This document shows, piece after piece, positions 40,029 through 53,515 of a stretch of 64,000 nt of DNA (positions are counted from its first letter, which is position 1; each line of letters starts with the position of its first letter). Under the pieces are notes generated by a model. It did no database searches and was not told where the DNA came from. It worked only from the letters and a program-made list of their open reading frames with translations. Position numbers and translations under genes: made by a program. This DNA is from Octopus vulgaris. Its lineage: Eukaryota. The stretch spans positions 53,320,001 through 53,384,000 of the forward strand of contig OX597814.1 of assembly GCA_951406725.2 (NCBI GenBank). Direction: 5' to 3'.

Positions 40029-41491
40029 GACTGAAACAAGTAAAAGTAAGAGTTAGAATGTAATATAATCATAGAATTCGGGTTATGTCAAACTAAAGAT
40101 AATTCGAAAGTAGGATGAAAGGGCGTTATACATGGCTGCCAAAGACTGGAAATCTTAAAATCTTTCGTGGAAGACAAAGAAATATTGGTTTCAATTTTTG
40201 GCAAAATATCAAAAATTTTATGGGAAAGGGTAAGTCGTTTACATTGACCCCAGGACTCAACTGGTATTTATTTTATCGACTCCGAAAGGATAAAAGGAAA
40301 AGTCTTCCTCGACGGAATTTGAACTATTAAATATTAGATATGTATAGTCTGTATATCTTAGTCTTTACTCCTTGATTTAGATTTCAAACTTTTAAACCCG
40401 CCTAAACTTAACTTAATCAAGAAGGAATGTTATCTCCCCTATGATAGTTGACCACTAAAGATACACCTCGTGTTTATTTTTAAGGATGTTATTGCAGAAA
40501 TGGTAGCATACTGAATTACAACGTCTTGGTTATTTATCTATAGTTCTCAAACCTTATTGAAGTTATTTTTACAGCCTAGCCAGGAGAGGAACGGCACCCC
40601 CTGTGACCCTTTTCATGGCTTTACTGACTGATGGGATGAAAAAGAGATAAGTTATTCTTAGAGTAGTGGCCTGATTTGAATGCTTGCAACAAAATGAACT
40701 CCGCTACAGGCTATGGGATGGGTTAAAGCAAGCGGCAGACTTCCATCTATTCTAAGTTATTGTAGCAATTTATTTTCTTGCAAAAGGAAAACTGTATTCG
40801 TGACGTACGAGCGATGTGAACGTGCACCTACAAATATAATTTAAAGATGTTGAATAAATCCATGGGTGCACCCATATGTTAACAGCAATATCAGCTCATA
40901 TCACCAGCGAAAACTGTAGTGACTCTAAATCGGCCGTTTCTAACATCCGACGAGCGTTTGGCGCCAGGCATATCTAATCGCTAGTGAACCAGTGAGGTCT
41001 ATATTAACAGTACGTATCTATTCGCTTGTGTTAACTCTATATAACTCTTATATTGCTCACTGATAGCAGACCAGCTAACCAGCACCAGCATTACAGCAAC
41101 ATTAGCCCTTTGCTGCTGCAATTTTCATAACCAGAACTTTCTGCAATGAACTTTAATGACTTACTTCCCACCTATATAAATTCATATATTTATATATACT
41201 TCAAAAACCTGAAAAACTACTGTAGGATTTGTTTTTACATGTATACGCACGCACACACACGCATACATGCACGCACGCATATACACACAAACACAACATA
41301 TACAACGCACAACGCACTTATACATATTTGAGATAAAAGAATATGTGTGAGTGTGTGAGTGTGGATGAGAGAGATAGAGATATCACACACGTACATGTAC
41401 GAGTGAGTGTGCGTGAGTGAATATTGACAATACGTTTATGAAATACATTTGGTATATTTGTGTGTGTATGTGTGTGTGTGTGCGTGTGTGT

Positions 41492-41523
<32 letters not shown>

Positions 41524-42409
41524 AACATAGTTTGTGGAACGTTTCTTTTTTTCTCTCTAATCAGTAGCACTTAACTGTTTATCGTATATTCTTGACAACG
41601 AAAATTGAATTGTAGACTTTTTATATGTTAACATTAAACGTGTCGTCGAGAAATGTCAGTCAAATTCATTTATCGACAAGTAGAAAGTATATCTTCACAT
41701 TCAGCGATTATAATAGAATAAAACTATCTTTATAATTTCTTTTGCATAACGTCTTAAGAGGAATTTATATTTTCTGCAGATTTATAATTTTGACAAGAGC
41801 AAAAGCAAGTGGCGATTCGATTCTTTACGATTACAATTTGCGTTGCAAGTCAATAGACTGCAGACATGCTGGAGCATCACCTTGGAAGGTTTAGTCGAAC
41901 AAATCGACCCCAGTACTTTTTTTTATTTTTTATTTTTTTTTTAAAGTCTGGTAGTTATTCTATTTGTCTTTTTCACTGAACTGCTGGGCTACAATGACGT
42001 AATGAAACAAACACCGGTTGTCAAGTGGTACTGGCTAACGAACATAAACACAATGACAGCTGTCGACGTTTTCTACCAAAAGGGTCGTCAGGACTACATT
42101 TGCTGTTCCCCCTCAAAGCACAAATTCTACCTACATAATACGGCTCACATGTCTAAGATAGCGTTGCTTCTACAAATACAAATATTACAGGCTACACCCA
42201 AAACATAGTCATGAAGCTCACAGACAGAGTCATGAAGTCCACTCAACAGCACTTTAACGCCTCGTCGTTCACCCCCACCCAACCCCTCACACACACCAAT
42301 CTTTATTCACAAAGAGCATGCCCCTATAGAAGTCTCAGTTGATTTCCAACCGCAACGACTTCCAGTCAGTCACTATAAAGACGATGGGTGCTACCTCTCC
42401 TTCTTTGAC

Positions 42410-43070
42410 TAAAAGATAAACTAAGAAGAGGAAATGTATCCGTGTGTTGATACTGACAAGAGAAATGTGTCTTTGTCACCAGTGAAACTGTCCTGCACGC
42501 GATTGTGCAATGCCCCAAGGTGACTGAGCTCTGGGCTTATATCGAACACCTGCTGTCGCATTCGAGAAGAGTACAACTGTCGAGCGAATCTGTAATTAAA
42601 ATCGTTCTGCCGACCTGTTTTCTCTCGGTAGTTGCTGTTGCGAAAGAAGTAGTATGGAAGACGAGAGGGAAAGGAATTGTGGCGGGCATGTTCATCTCCA
42701 GTCTCGAGCTAATTGACTTTTTCCACATGAAACGGAAAATAAGGCTGGAGAAGAAATGCCTGTCGCAAAGTGTGTTTCGTAAAAGATGGAAGTCTATAGC
42801 AAGTATGTTGCGAGTAAAAGAACCTGTTTAAACGAGAATATAAAAACGAGAAAGCAAAGTCTTCAGTGTGAGTATGTGATTTGTGGGGTCGACCGCGTCA
42901 TCCGCTTCATTTTTTGTAAATCACTCATTCTCATTTAATTGCATGTATTTTAGTTGTTTGTTTATTCATATATTTCGTCTCTTTCGATACCCTAACCCCA
43001 ATGTTTGTTTTGTCTGTCCGTCCTCGTATCGTCCCCTCTTTTTCTCAACCTCATGGTTAATAAAGAAATT
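42410..43070 (+). mobile_element. L1/Tx1-like LINE 3' end (zf-RVT C-terminal region and UTR)
   Basis: ETVLHAIVQCPKVTELWAYIE..AVAKEVVWKTR..RW; AATAAA near 43059. Confidence 0.8.
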
Positions 43071-43784
43071 GACTTATAATTCAGTCACCTTTTCCGGTGC
43101 CATTTCGTTTTATACGAAATTAACATGTATATTGCTGAAGTAACAAATACATACGTATTTGTTGAAAGAAAAACTTATTAACATGTTTAATGCTAATAAA
43201 ATCATAATAGCAAGTGGCAGACTCGGAACAGCGAGTTGGCAGAAAATGGGGAACAGCAATCTAAATGTTTTTGTGAACAAATGGATTTAGTTAACTTCGA
43301 CGTTTCTATTTTTCCGAGTTCCTGTCAATGCTGAGGTCAACTTTGTTTCTCATTCCTTTGAATGCCATTATTTATAGCTTTATGTGCTTCAAGATCCACT
43401 ATTCCAAAAAGATATTGTGGACGCAGGCATCACTGAATAGTTAACAGTAAATTCTCTTTGAAAAGTCTGTTCGATCCCGTTGCACAGCGTATTAGGTGAG
43501 GAATATTATAGACATGATTTGGCCCAAACCTTTAAGAAGTGTTTGATTTGACAGGAAGGGTATAGAAGCCCATCTGATAGACAGTTCTTGCAATTCAAAA
43601 GTTCAGTATTGTCACACTGTATATATAATGTCGTTTCTACATTAGAACTATGTTTAGCTTATACGCGGAACACTCTGCCAATTTGTATGCTAATGTTGCC
43701 CATTTGATCAAATAAGTGGAATCTCATGCTAGTTTATTCCTTTATCATATAAATTTAATAAGTTAGCCTTGTGCCTAATTGAAA

Positions 43785-43976
43785 GAAAATGAGGCCTGAA
43801 ATTTTGGGGAGGGGACTAATCGATAGCATCGAACCCAGTTCTCAACTGGTACTTATTTCATCGACCCCAAAAGGATGAAAGACAAAGTCGACCCCATTGG
43901 CGTTTGAACTCAGAACGGAAAGACGGACGAAATGACGCTAAGCATATTGCTAACGATTCTGCCAGTTAGCCGCCTT
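43785..43976 (-). mobile_element. SINE family A copy
   Basis: Core and head match the copy at 24102. Confidence 0.85.
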
Positions 43977-44652
43977 ATATGTGGCAAATAATATAGCGTT
44001 GAATGGTAACTTCTCTCAGTACTCAAGTTGCCAATCGATTTAAATTCTAATTGGTACTAACTCATTTCAATAATTGTTTTGAAGAAAAAGAAAAGACTAT
44101 CAACATCACAAATTCATTTTCCACTTTACAAAGTAGTAAATGAATTTTTTAAATTTCCTCTTTTTGTAAAGAAGCTATTTTTATTAAATTCATCTATTTA
44201 TCAAAATTTGTTCTTCGACATTTTTTTGAGGTTTACTTTCAATTACATAAGAGATCATACATGAATGCCCCATATCTACCGATTTCCTGGAGATATATGA
44301 ATGGGACTGGATCAATAGAGATGCAACGAATAAATGATGTGGAGTTATTCATTACAAGAAAGAAGAAAGTCGATTAAGGCTTGCATGTAATTTATATTCA
44401 GAAAATTCATTTAAAAGGCAAAGGTGGTAGATTTTAACAATGAATGTTTTATAAATAGAATGAAGCTTAACGAAAGTGAAAAATACACTGGAAAATTATA
44501 GCCTACACCCTAGTTTCCTTATTTCTAGAAGCTGTAGAATAAAGAAGAGATTTTTAAAACTCCATGAGCGGTTAATTAATATGTATACTTCTCGAGAATA
44601 ATTAATATTTATTACCTTGAAGATCTCATTGCTTTCCGACTAATACGAATCC

Positions 44653-44701
<49 letters not shown>

Positions 44702-44790
44702 GTTGAAATTTATAGGCAAGCAAAAGACGAAGACAGGTATATAAACAACAAGCAGGTGTCTTAGTTTGACGCTCGGGAAAGTGAGAGAGT

Positions 44791-44826
44791 CTTTTATGTT
44801 TCGAGCCTACGCTCTTCAACAGAAAG
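44791..44826 (-). ncRNA. Minimal hammerhead-like motif in a PLE pLTR fragment (core variant CUGUUGA)
   Basis: Minus strand: CUUU-CUGUUGA-A-GAGC-GUAG-GCUC-GAAA-CA-UA-AAAG; same context (ttgacgctc.ggaaag) as the 15157 motif. Confidence 0.5.
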
Positions 44827-45512
44827 GAAGACGAGGGAAAATTAAAAAAAACTTGTGGAGTTAGAGGTCAGTCACGGCGATTGGTTGGACAAAGGTGGTT
44901 AGACAGGAGAGCTAGAAAGAAGGGGAGATAATAAAGTACTGGTGATCCCAAAACGAAGGTGCGCGTGCGTATGTGTATGTGAGAGTGTGTGTGTGCATCT
45001 GTAATGTGTGGGTGTGGATGATAGTGTGGATGCTGAGAAGTGATCAGTGCTAGTGTGTGCAGAGTGGTGTTGAGTGGTGTGACGTGGTGTGGTAGTGTGT
45101 GGTGTAGTGTGGCGTTGTTGGGGTATGTGAATGTGGAGGTGGGGTGTGGGAATGTGAGGGTGGCGTGTGAGTTTGCGGTGAGGATTATATATATATTCCA
45201 CGTCGAAAGACGCCTGTTGTTATGTCCTGTTTTTATTATTATTATTTTTTTTATTGTATTTTGTATTTATATTCGTGTAACATCGTCTGTTTTTCCGTCC
45301 TTGTTTCGTATACATTCGTTGGTCTTTTCCAAGGAATCTAATGCTCTTAGCTTAGTTTTTTTCCTTGGGCTGGCCATATTAGAGCAATCTCAAGATTAAT
45401 CAGCCGAAATTGCGAGGATGATTCGGTTCTTGACTGAAGATAAAAGGCTTCGAATGAACTGTCCGTGTTTTTTTGTATCGTCTATCTGGATGCTTTGTTG
45501 TCCCGTTATTTT

Positions 45513-45597
<85 letters not shown>

Positions 45598-45904
45598 GAG
45601 TGGTTATGTAGTAAGAAGCTTGCTTCCCAACCACATGGTTATGGGTTCAGTCCTACTGCGTGTTACCCTGGGCGAGTGTATTTTACTATGGCCTCGATTA
45701 AACTGAAATTGAAAGAAGCTTGTGTATAGACTAATGTTACTCGTGTCCTACCTTTCAATTATATATGAGTGTTGCGAAACTGAGAGTCCAGAGGATAATC
45801 CAAAGTAATAAATGCTGTAAAGTTGACAATTCAAAGCAGCCATCTATTAACAATGTTGGCCAGAGTCAATATATTTCGACCGAATTAATCCTTTCAATTA
45901 TAGT

Positions 45905-46659
45905 CACAAGACCTGAAATTTTGGGGGAAGGGGCCAGTCGATTAGATCAACCCCAGTACACAATTGGTACTTAATTCATCGACCCCGAAAGGATGAAAGG
46001 CTAAGTCGACCTCGGCGGAATTTGAACTCAGAACGTAACGGCAGATGAAATACCTATTTCTATTTCTTTACTACCCACAAGGGGCTACACACAGAGAGGA
46101 CAAACAAGGACAGACAAACGGGTTAAGTTGATTATATCGACCCCAGTGCGTAACTGGCACTTATTTAATCGACCCCGAAAGGATGAAAGGCAAAGTCGAC
46201 CTCGGCGGAATTTCAACTCAGAACGTAACAGCGGACGAAATACCTAGTTCTTTACTACCCATAAGGGCCTAAACACGGAGAGGACAAACAAGGACAGACA
46301 AATGGATTAAGTCGGTTATATCGACCCCAGTGCGTAACTGGCACTTATTTAATCGACCACGAAAGGATGAAAGGCAAAGTCGACCTCGGCGGAATTTGAA
46401 CTCAGAACGTAGCGGCGGACGAAATACCTAGTTCTTTACTACCCACAAGGAGCTACACACAGAGAGGACAAACAAGGACAGACAAACGGATTAAGTTGAT
46501 TATATCGATCCCAGCGCGTAACTGGTACTTATTTAATCGACCCCGAAAGGATGAAAGGCAAAGTCGACCTCGCCGGAATTTGAACTCAGAATGTAGCAGC
46601 AGATGAAATACTGCTAAGCATTTCGCCCGGCGTGCCAACGATTCTGCCAGCTCGCCGCC
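45905..46659 (-). mobile_element. Head-to-tail array of four SINE family A copies
   Basis: One full copy (46428-46659) plus three truncated at the same base, with junctions after 46053, 46243 and 46427. Confidence 0.92.
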
Positions 46660-47052
46660 TCATTTTGTGCGAAATATTGGAATATTTGCATAAAAACCGG
46701 CCATGGTTAACAGAAACCGTGTTTACGACCACTTGTTGGCTTTGAATATTAATCTATTCTATACTCACGTGCGGACATAACATACATTCACACTCACAAA
46801 CATATTTTAGTACATACGTACAAACATTGCAATATGCAAGTGCATGTACATATCTATGCACGCTATATATATATATATCAAAAGGATGTGTTATAACACT
46901 ATTTCACATATACAAAAACAGCCCTACCAACAATCCAACATACCTCCATCATCAGCTACCTCACGGATATCATATATATATATATGATATATTCTTTCGT
47001 GCAAATCTGACCCTGATACATACGATACAGCTAAGGGTCAGACCCGATTCTG

Positions 47053-47500
47053 ATTGGTCAACAAGTTGATGACGTCTAGCTCTGCTAGAATGGACAGGAT
47101 ACAAACAGGGGACAGTCATTAGTCAGAATATTGATGACGTCCTTTTCTGCTTGAATAGTCACCTAACAAGTACAGACAGGGGGCAGATCTAATGTAGCTA
47201 TAAGTCGTGATTGGGCAGAATCTGGATGACGTCCCGCTATGCTTGACTAACGAAGCGACTGGTCAAGACAGGAAACAAACAAGAGGGAGTTATAATGCAG
47301 CGATTGGTCAAAATAATGATGACGTCCCGTTCCACTTGATTAAAGCCACCTAACGAAACGATTGGTCAAAACATTGATGACGTCACGCTACGCTAGATTG
47401 ACCACCTAACAGGCATTATAAAACCGAGCATTTCACAAAAACTCACTAGAACCACCCAGCGAACTTCCACCATGGGTCATCACAATTGCTTAAGGTAAAA
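47053..47500 (+). promoter_or_regulatory. Pol II promoter-like cassette: 5x ATTGG-N10-GATGACGTC, TATA box, Kozak ATG and splice donor
   Basis: Composite sites at 47053, 47118 (ATTAG), 47210, 47303 and 47361; TATAAAA at 47417; ccaccATGg at 47472; AG|GTAAAA at 47494/5. Confidence 0.6.
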
Positions 47501-47920
47501 ATGAATTCCTCGCTCTTTCGGAAACATCAATCTTCTGTATTGACCGCTTTCCACCACTTTGATCTGTTTTTTGTATTGAATACGTATCGCCACCGTGGGC
47601 CACTGCATCGAACACTTTGAACATATACTTCAAACTATATATCAACTATACATGAACTATATATCAACTATACATGAACTCTAAGATGTCTGACTCCGTT
47701 GTGTATTATAAATGAATTTCTTGTGTTTGACGGCATGAGCTGTCTCTTTTTATATATAACTTTTTTTGATAAGGTTCATTTCAGGAACTGAAACATGTTA
47801 TAATGTATATATAAAAATAAAAAATTGTATAATACAGCAGCATTTTCGAACTTCATTTTTTACAAATATATATATATATATTTAAAAAAAGGAGATGTCG
47901 AACACGAGTGGTGATATATA

Positions 47921-48360
<440 letters not shown>

Positions 48361-48651
48361 GCCTGTTCAATCCCGCTGCACAGCATATCAGGAGAGGACC
48401 ATTATAGACTCGATTTGGCCTAAACCATACGAGGTTATTTGATTTGACAGGAAGGGCATAGAAGCCCATCGGATGGTCAGTTCTTGTAAATCAAAAGTTC
48501 TGCCTTGTCACACTGTATATATAATATTGTTTCTACATGAGAACTATGTTTAGCTTACATACGGAATACTCAACCAATTTGTACGCTAATTTTGTATTAT
48601 GTAGATCAAACAGCTGGAAGCTCAGATATCACAGTCGATATGAGGTCTCAT

Positions 48652-48682
<31 letters not shown>

Positions 48683-48861
48683 TCACATGCACATATGTAT
48701 ATTGTTGGCGCCATAAGAATCTATAAACTTCGAGAGAGCGTGAAATAATCCGTTTTTGGAAAACGGTGGATCTCGAAGCAGATAAAGCTATAAACAATAG
48801 CGTGTAAATATTAGGTTAAAAACCCTTTGAATAGAAAAAGGTCTGCCCATCCAAAAGCAGG

Positions 48862-48898
<37 letters not shown>

Positions 48899-48928
48899 TG
48901 TATGTATGTATGTATGTATGTATGTATG

Positions 48929-48996
<68 letters not shown>

Positions 48997-48999
48997 CAT

Positions 49000-49069
<70 letters not shown>

Positions 49070-50087
49070 ATGTATGCATGTATGTATATATATATATACA
49101 GAGAGGGATAGAGAAAGAAAATGAGAGGGGAAATCAACACAAGATACGTTCACAATGACAAGTAGGCTGACGCTCGGCAGAGTAGAAAGAGTTGTCTCAG
49201 ATATTGCCTTTCTATGGAATAGAGATATAGGGTGGGAAGAGAGGACAGGAAGATGGGGAAAATAGAAAAAAAAAATGAAATGGATGCAAAACACCCCACG
49301 TATGTTAGTAACCAGATATCCTGCCGAGTTAAGAAAAAAATTTTGCAGACAAGGGTTATGATGGTGAATAAATGAAGTCGAAACGAGGTTGTTACGAAAA
49401 CGAATACCTACAAAATTTCTTGAATATTAAAAATATTAACTTGAAGTTACAGAGGCCATAGTAGAAGTTATTCGGTGTCGTTTACTCCTAGGAATGCCTA
49501 GAGTTGACCTCGAGTATATCAGATAATTGAGTTATTCGCATCGTGCGGACCTCAACGATTAACACTTTCTAAATTTAAAATTACTTCGTGTATGAGGATG
49601 ATCGCCAAGACAAAACAGAACGAACAAAGAAAGCTGAGAGACAAAGAAAAGAATTGCCAATGGAAGAAATCGATGGATTTTTAGAATTTTTGACGATGAA
49701 GAGCATGCAACAATGGATGGAGAGAAGGAAGAAAAGGGTGAGAGAAAGTTATACAAGTCAGAAGACAATTTAAAATGCATCCCGTTGCTCTAGGCTGATA
49801 CACAAAGAGAATATTGTAACAAACGTTTTTACAACGTTTATAAAAAATTATAAAAGACCATTTTGTGCATATGCTGATTTAAGTCAATAAACACTTGTGA
49901 CAAAACTGCATCCAATTAATTCATTCCCATTTACATTTATATCGATTTTCATACACTTTTGATGTTTCAAAAAATAAAAATTCAGTGTTCAAGATGTAGT
50001 CAACAATAGGTGATTTTATGAGGATATATTCAAATAGTACTGTTTCAATTATTGCAATGCTCTGACGCATCGCACAATTACTTACGG

Positions 50088-50153
<66 letters not shown>

Positions 50154-50592
50154 CTATCTATCTATCTGTCTATCTCTCTATCTATCCATCTATCTCTCCT
50201 CTCTCTCTTTCTCTCCATCTTCCTCTCTCTGTCTCCATCTTCCTCTTCTCTCAACACAAACACACACTTGAGTGATGGAACAAAGAAGAGAGTAGCACTC
50301 AGTACATTTTTTAGGAGTTACATATATTTTTGATAGCATTTCCACGTAAAGATTCATAGGTGCACAGGAGAATGTCATCTCATCATACTAGCATCTGAAG
50401 AGATGTACTTGTCCCAAACGGCCAGAAAACTTTAAGCCATGTGGAACTGATTCAAACTGATATTAATACGTATATACATAAATACGCACATACGTATATA
50501 CATACGTACATACATACATACCTACATACATACATACATACATACATACATACATACATGTGTGTGTGTATTTATATATCATATGTATCTAT

Positions 50593-50985
50593 ATCTTTTA
50601 CTTGTTTGAATCATATGACTGTAGCCATGCTGGGGCACCGCTTTTGAAGGGTTTTAGTCGAAGAAGTCAACTCCAGGCCTTATTTTTGTAAGCCTGGTAC
50701 TTATTCTATTGGTCTCTTTTGCCGAAACCCTAAGTTACGGGGAGGTAAACACACCAATACCTGTTGTCAAGCGGGGGTAGGGGACAGACACAAGCACACA
50801 CACACACACACACAAATATATATATATATACATACACGGCTGGACGGCGGGTTTCTTTCAGTTTCCGTCTACCAAATCCACTCACAAGGCTTTGGTTGGT
50901 CCGAGGCTATTGTAGAAGACATCTGTCCAAGATGCACGCAGTGGGACTGAACCCGGTACCTCGTCGCTGGGAAGCAAGATTGTTA
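50593..50985 (-). mobile_element. SINE family B copy
   Basis: Homologous to the 22925 and 39668 copies. Confidence 0.85.
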
Positions 50986-51008
50986 CTAAAGCTCCCTACA
51001 CACACACA

Positions 51009-51069
<61 letters not shown>

Positions 51070-51425
51070 ATACGAGTCCTAACACATTATCTTCTTCATA
51101 ACGTAGTTGTGCATATATTCACTTCACCGCGTATTCATTAATGTCAAGTAAAATTAACATAGGTTTTAATTGTGAAGTGCTTCAAATCTTTTCCTTTCAC
51201 ATCATTTTTACATTGTGTTTTGAACGTTTAAGAATTATCTTCCAACTAGTTTTTGGTTTTGTTTCTTCAAATTCATCAACTGTCTTGTATGAAACAATTT
51301 TCCCATACTTTTCTAGATCTTTTTTCAATAAGCCACTTTGTCAATTTCGCTTTCCAGGCGCGTATTTGAGTTTTTTCATCCCTTAAGTGAAGTTGATTCA
51401 AATTCATGTTTACTTTGTGTGTATA

Positions 51426-51503
<78 letters not shown>

Positions 51504-51738
51504 TGTGTGTGTGTCTGTGTGTGTGTGTACGTGTGCGTGTTTGTAGGCTTTGATGAATATAAGCATACGCACAGTATACGATATATGCAAGCAGAGGTGA
51601 AGAATTCACATATAACAACGGAAACACTTATATACACGATCAAACCGACAAACACACGTTCAGATAAATACTGTGCGCGCCTTCAGGGTACTTTATAATT
51701 GGACGAAAATAATTATGCAAGCGCACACACACAGACAC

Positions 51739-51782
<44 letters not shown>

Positions 51783-52013
51783 TTGAGAGAATACAAATTC
51801 ACACTCAGTCAGAATCAAGCACTCACACACAGGTGGAGACTATAGCATATATTCACATGCCGCGCAACGACGCACTCACACACACATACACACACAAACC
51901 AATAGACTGTAATAAACATGCACAAACCGTGAAACATGCATTTTACGTTTTCCAAACACATGTATAGTGTGCACACACATAGTAATGAAAACACAAAGTG
52001 AAACAATAGTTAA

Positions 52014-52233
52014 CCCTTTAGTGTTCATACTATTTAGTCAAATGTAATCCTTATTTATTCGCATAATTTTGAATTAATCATGCATTAACCTTTAGCTTTG
52101 AGATTTTGATGACGTCATTGTTTATTTTTAGAATGACATTCCTGGATAGGTGTGACAGGTCAGAGATGGCTGGTTTGAACATAAAACAGGTAGAATATTT
52201 TTGCCGGATGTGGCTGGTTTAAATACTAAAAGG
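52014..52233. mobile_element. TTAA-flanked MITE (piggyBac-like)
   Basis: TTAA-ccctttagt..tactaaaagg-TTAA. Confidence 0.7.
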
Positions 52234-52254
52234 TTAAGAACATACAACCTGACA

Positions 52255-52603
52255 GGGTAAAGGGTAAAGACCCCCTTCGGTCATGAATGACCATGGGATT
52301 GCACCTAGAAAGTTACCCTCCTAGACACAAGTCCGAACAAGGTTGTTTTATGGAAGACCAGCAGTCGCCCATGCATACCAGCCTCCCCTCTCCACACCAC
52401 CAGTGTTATCCAAGGGAAAGACAAAGGTCGATACAGCTTGGCACCAGTGACGTCGCAACTCATTTCTACAGCCGAGTGAACTGGAGCAACGTGAAATAAA
52501 GTGCTTTGCTCAAGAACACAATACGCAGCCCGGTCCGGGATTCGAGCTCACAACCTCACGATCGTAAGCTCGACGCTCTAACCACTGAGCCATGCGCCTT
52601 CAC
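52255..52603 (-). mobile_element. tRNA-derived SINE with LINE-like tail (family D)
   Basis: Minus-strand head ggcgcatggctcagtggttagagcgtcg..gagctcgaatccc; central gtgttcttgagcaaagcact..ttgctccagttcactcggctg. Confidence 0.85.
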
Positions 52604-52922
52604 AACCTGACAAACATACAAAGAAATACCGCCCACCGAAGCTTCAAATGCATGAACAACCACAATTCTCTTCCCACAACCATAATTCTGCCTTCCTCTC
52701 CTTGTTTGTTGTTATTTATCTTCCTTTTTGTCGTCGTTGTGCTTGTAAGGTAAGTAGTAAGTAGTCTACTCTCTAGATGAGATTGAGAGGTCTGAAAATG
52801 ATGTCACTTCAATGGGCAAAGTTGCGCACAAACTCCTACATACATACGTACATACATATATACATACATACAGGCATACATACATACATGCATACATACA
52901 TACATACATAAATGTACGTATG

Positions 52923-52961
<39 letters not shown>

Positions 52962-53515
52962 CTGTGTCTGTGTTTGTGTGTATTTGTGTGCGTGTGGAGA
53001 GAGAGAGAGAGAGAAAAGAAAGGGGAAGAAGGGAATAAAGAGAGCATCTTCCTTCATTGTCTCGAAGTAAATTTTGCTATCGTCGTGTATTTATAGATCA
53101 CTCCTAGATAAGTAAACAATGGTGGAAGATCTTGTGTCGTGATAATCTCCTCAATTGCATATCAGAAACCACATTTTTCAATATAGCCGTTATTTAATAG
53201 TGTGATCTTGCGAGAATTTCTTCTGCGGGTTGAATTACTACTGAATTATTGTGGGTTTTAGTGAACTCCCAGCACCATGATGATAAAAGGGATTGGTGTT
53301 TACAAAAAAGCTAAGATGCATCTGTCCAGTTATTATATAAGTGCATAGATTTCGGTGAAAAGTGTAAAAATGTAGATAATCACAACAAACCCAGTTGTGT
53401 TTTGAACTATTGTTTTTGAAATTTGAAACAAATTCTTTTCTCCTACCACTTACTTTGTGTATTTTATTTGGGATACATTAGCAAAATATTCTTGTTTTTT
53501 TTTTTCGCATATATA

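Noticed and set aside
45905-46659. CRISPR-like regular repeats
   Set aside because: Units are 184-190-bp SINE copies with no unique spacers and no cas genes, in a eukaryotic context.
50392-50428. CUGAAGA..CAAA CGGCC hammerhead-like trace
   Set aside because: GAAA and the cleavage triplet are both altered and the stems are weak.
52520-52603. tRNA genes at SINE heads (also 5080-5154, 24102 and 55950-56021)
   Set aside because: The A/B boxes continue into SINE bodies, and there is no complete cloverleaf or acceptor stem.
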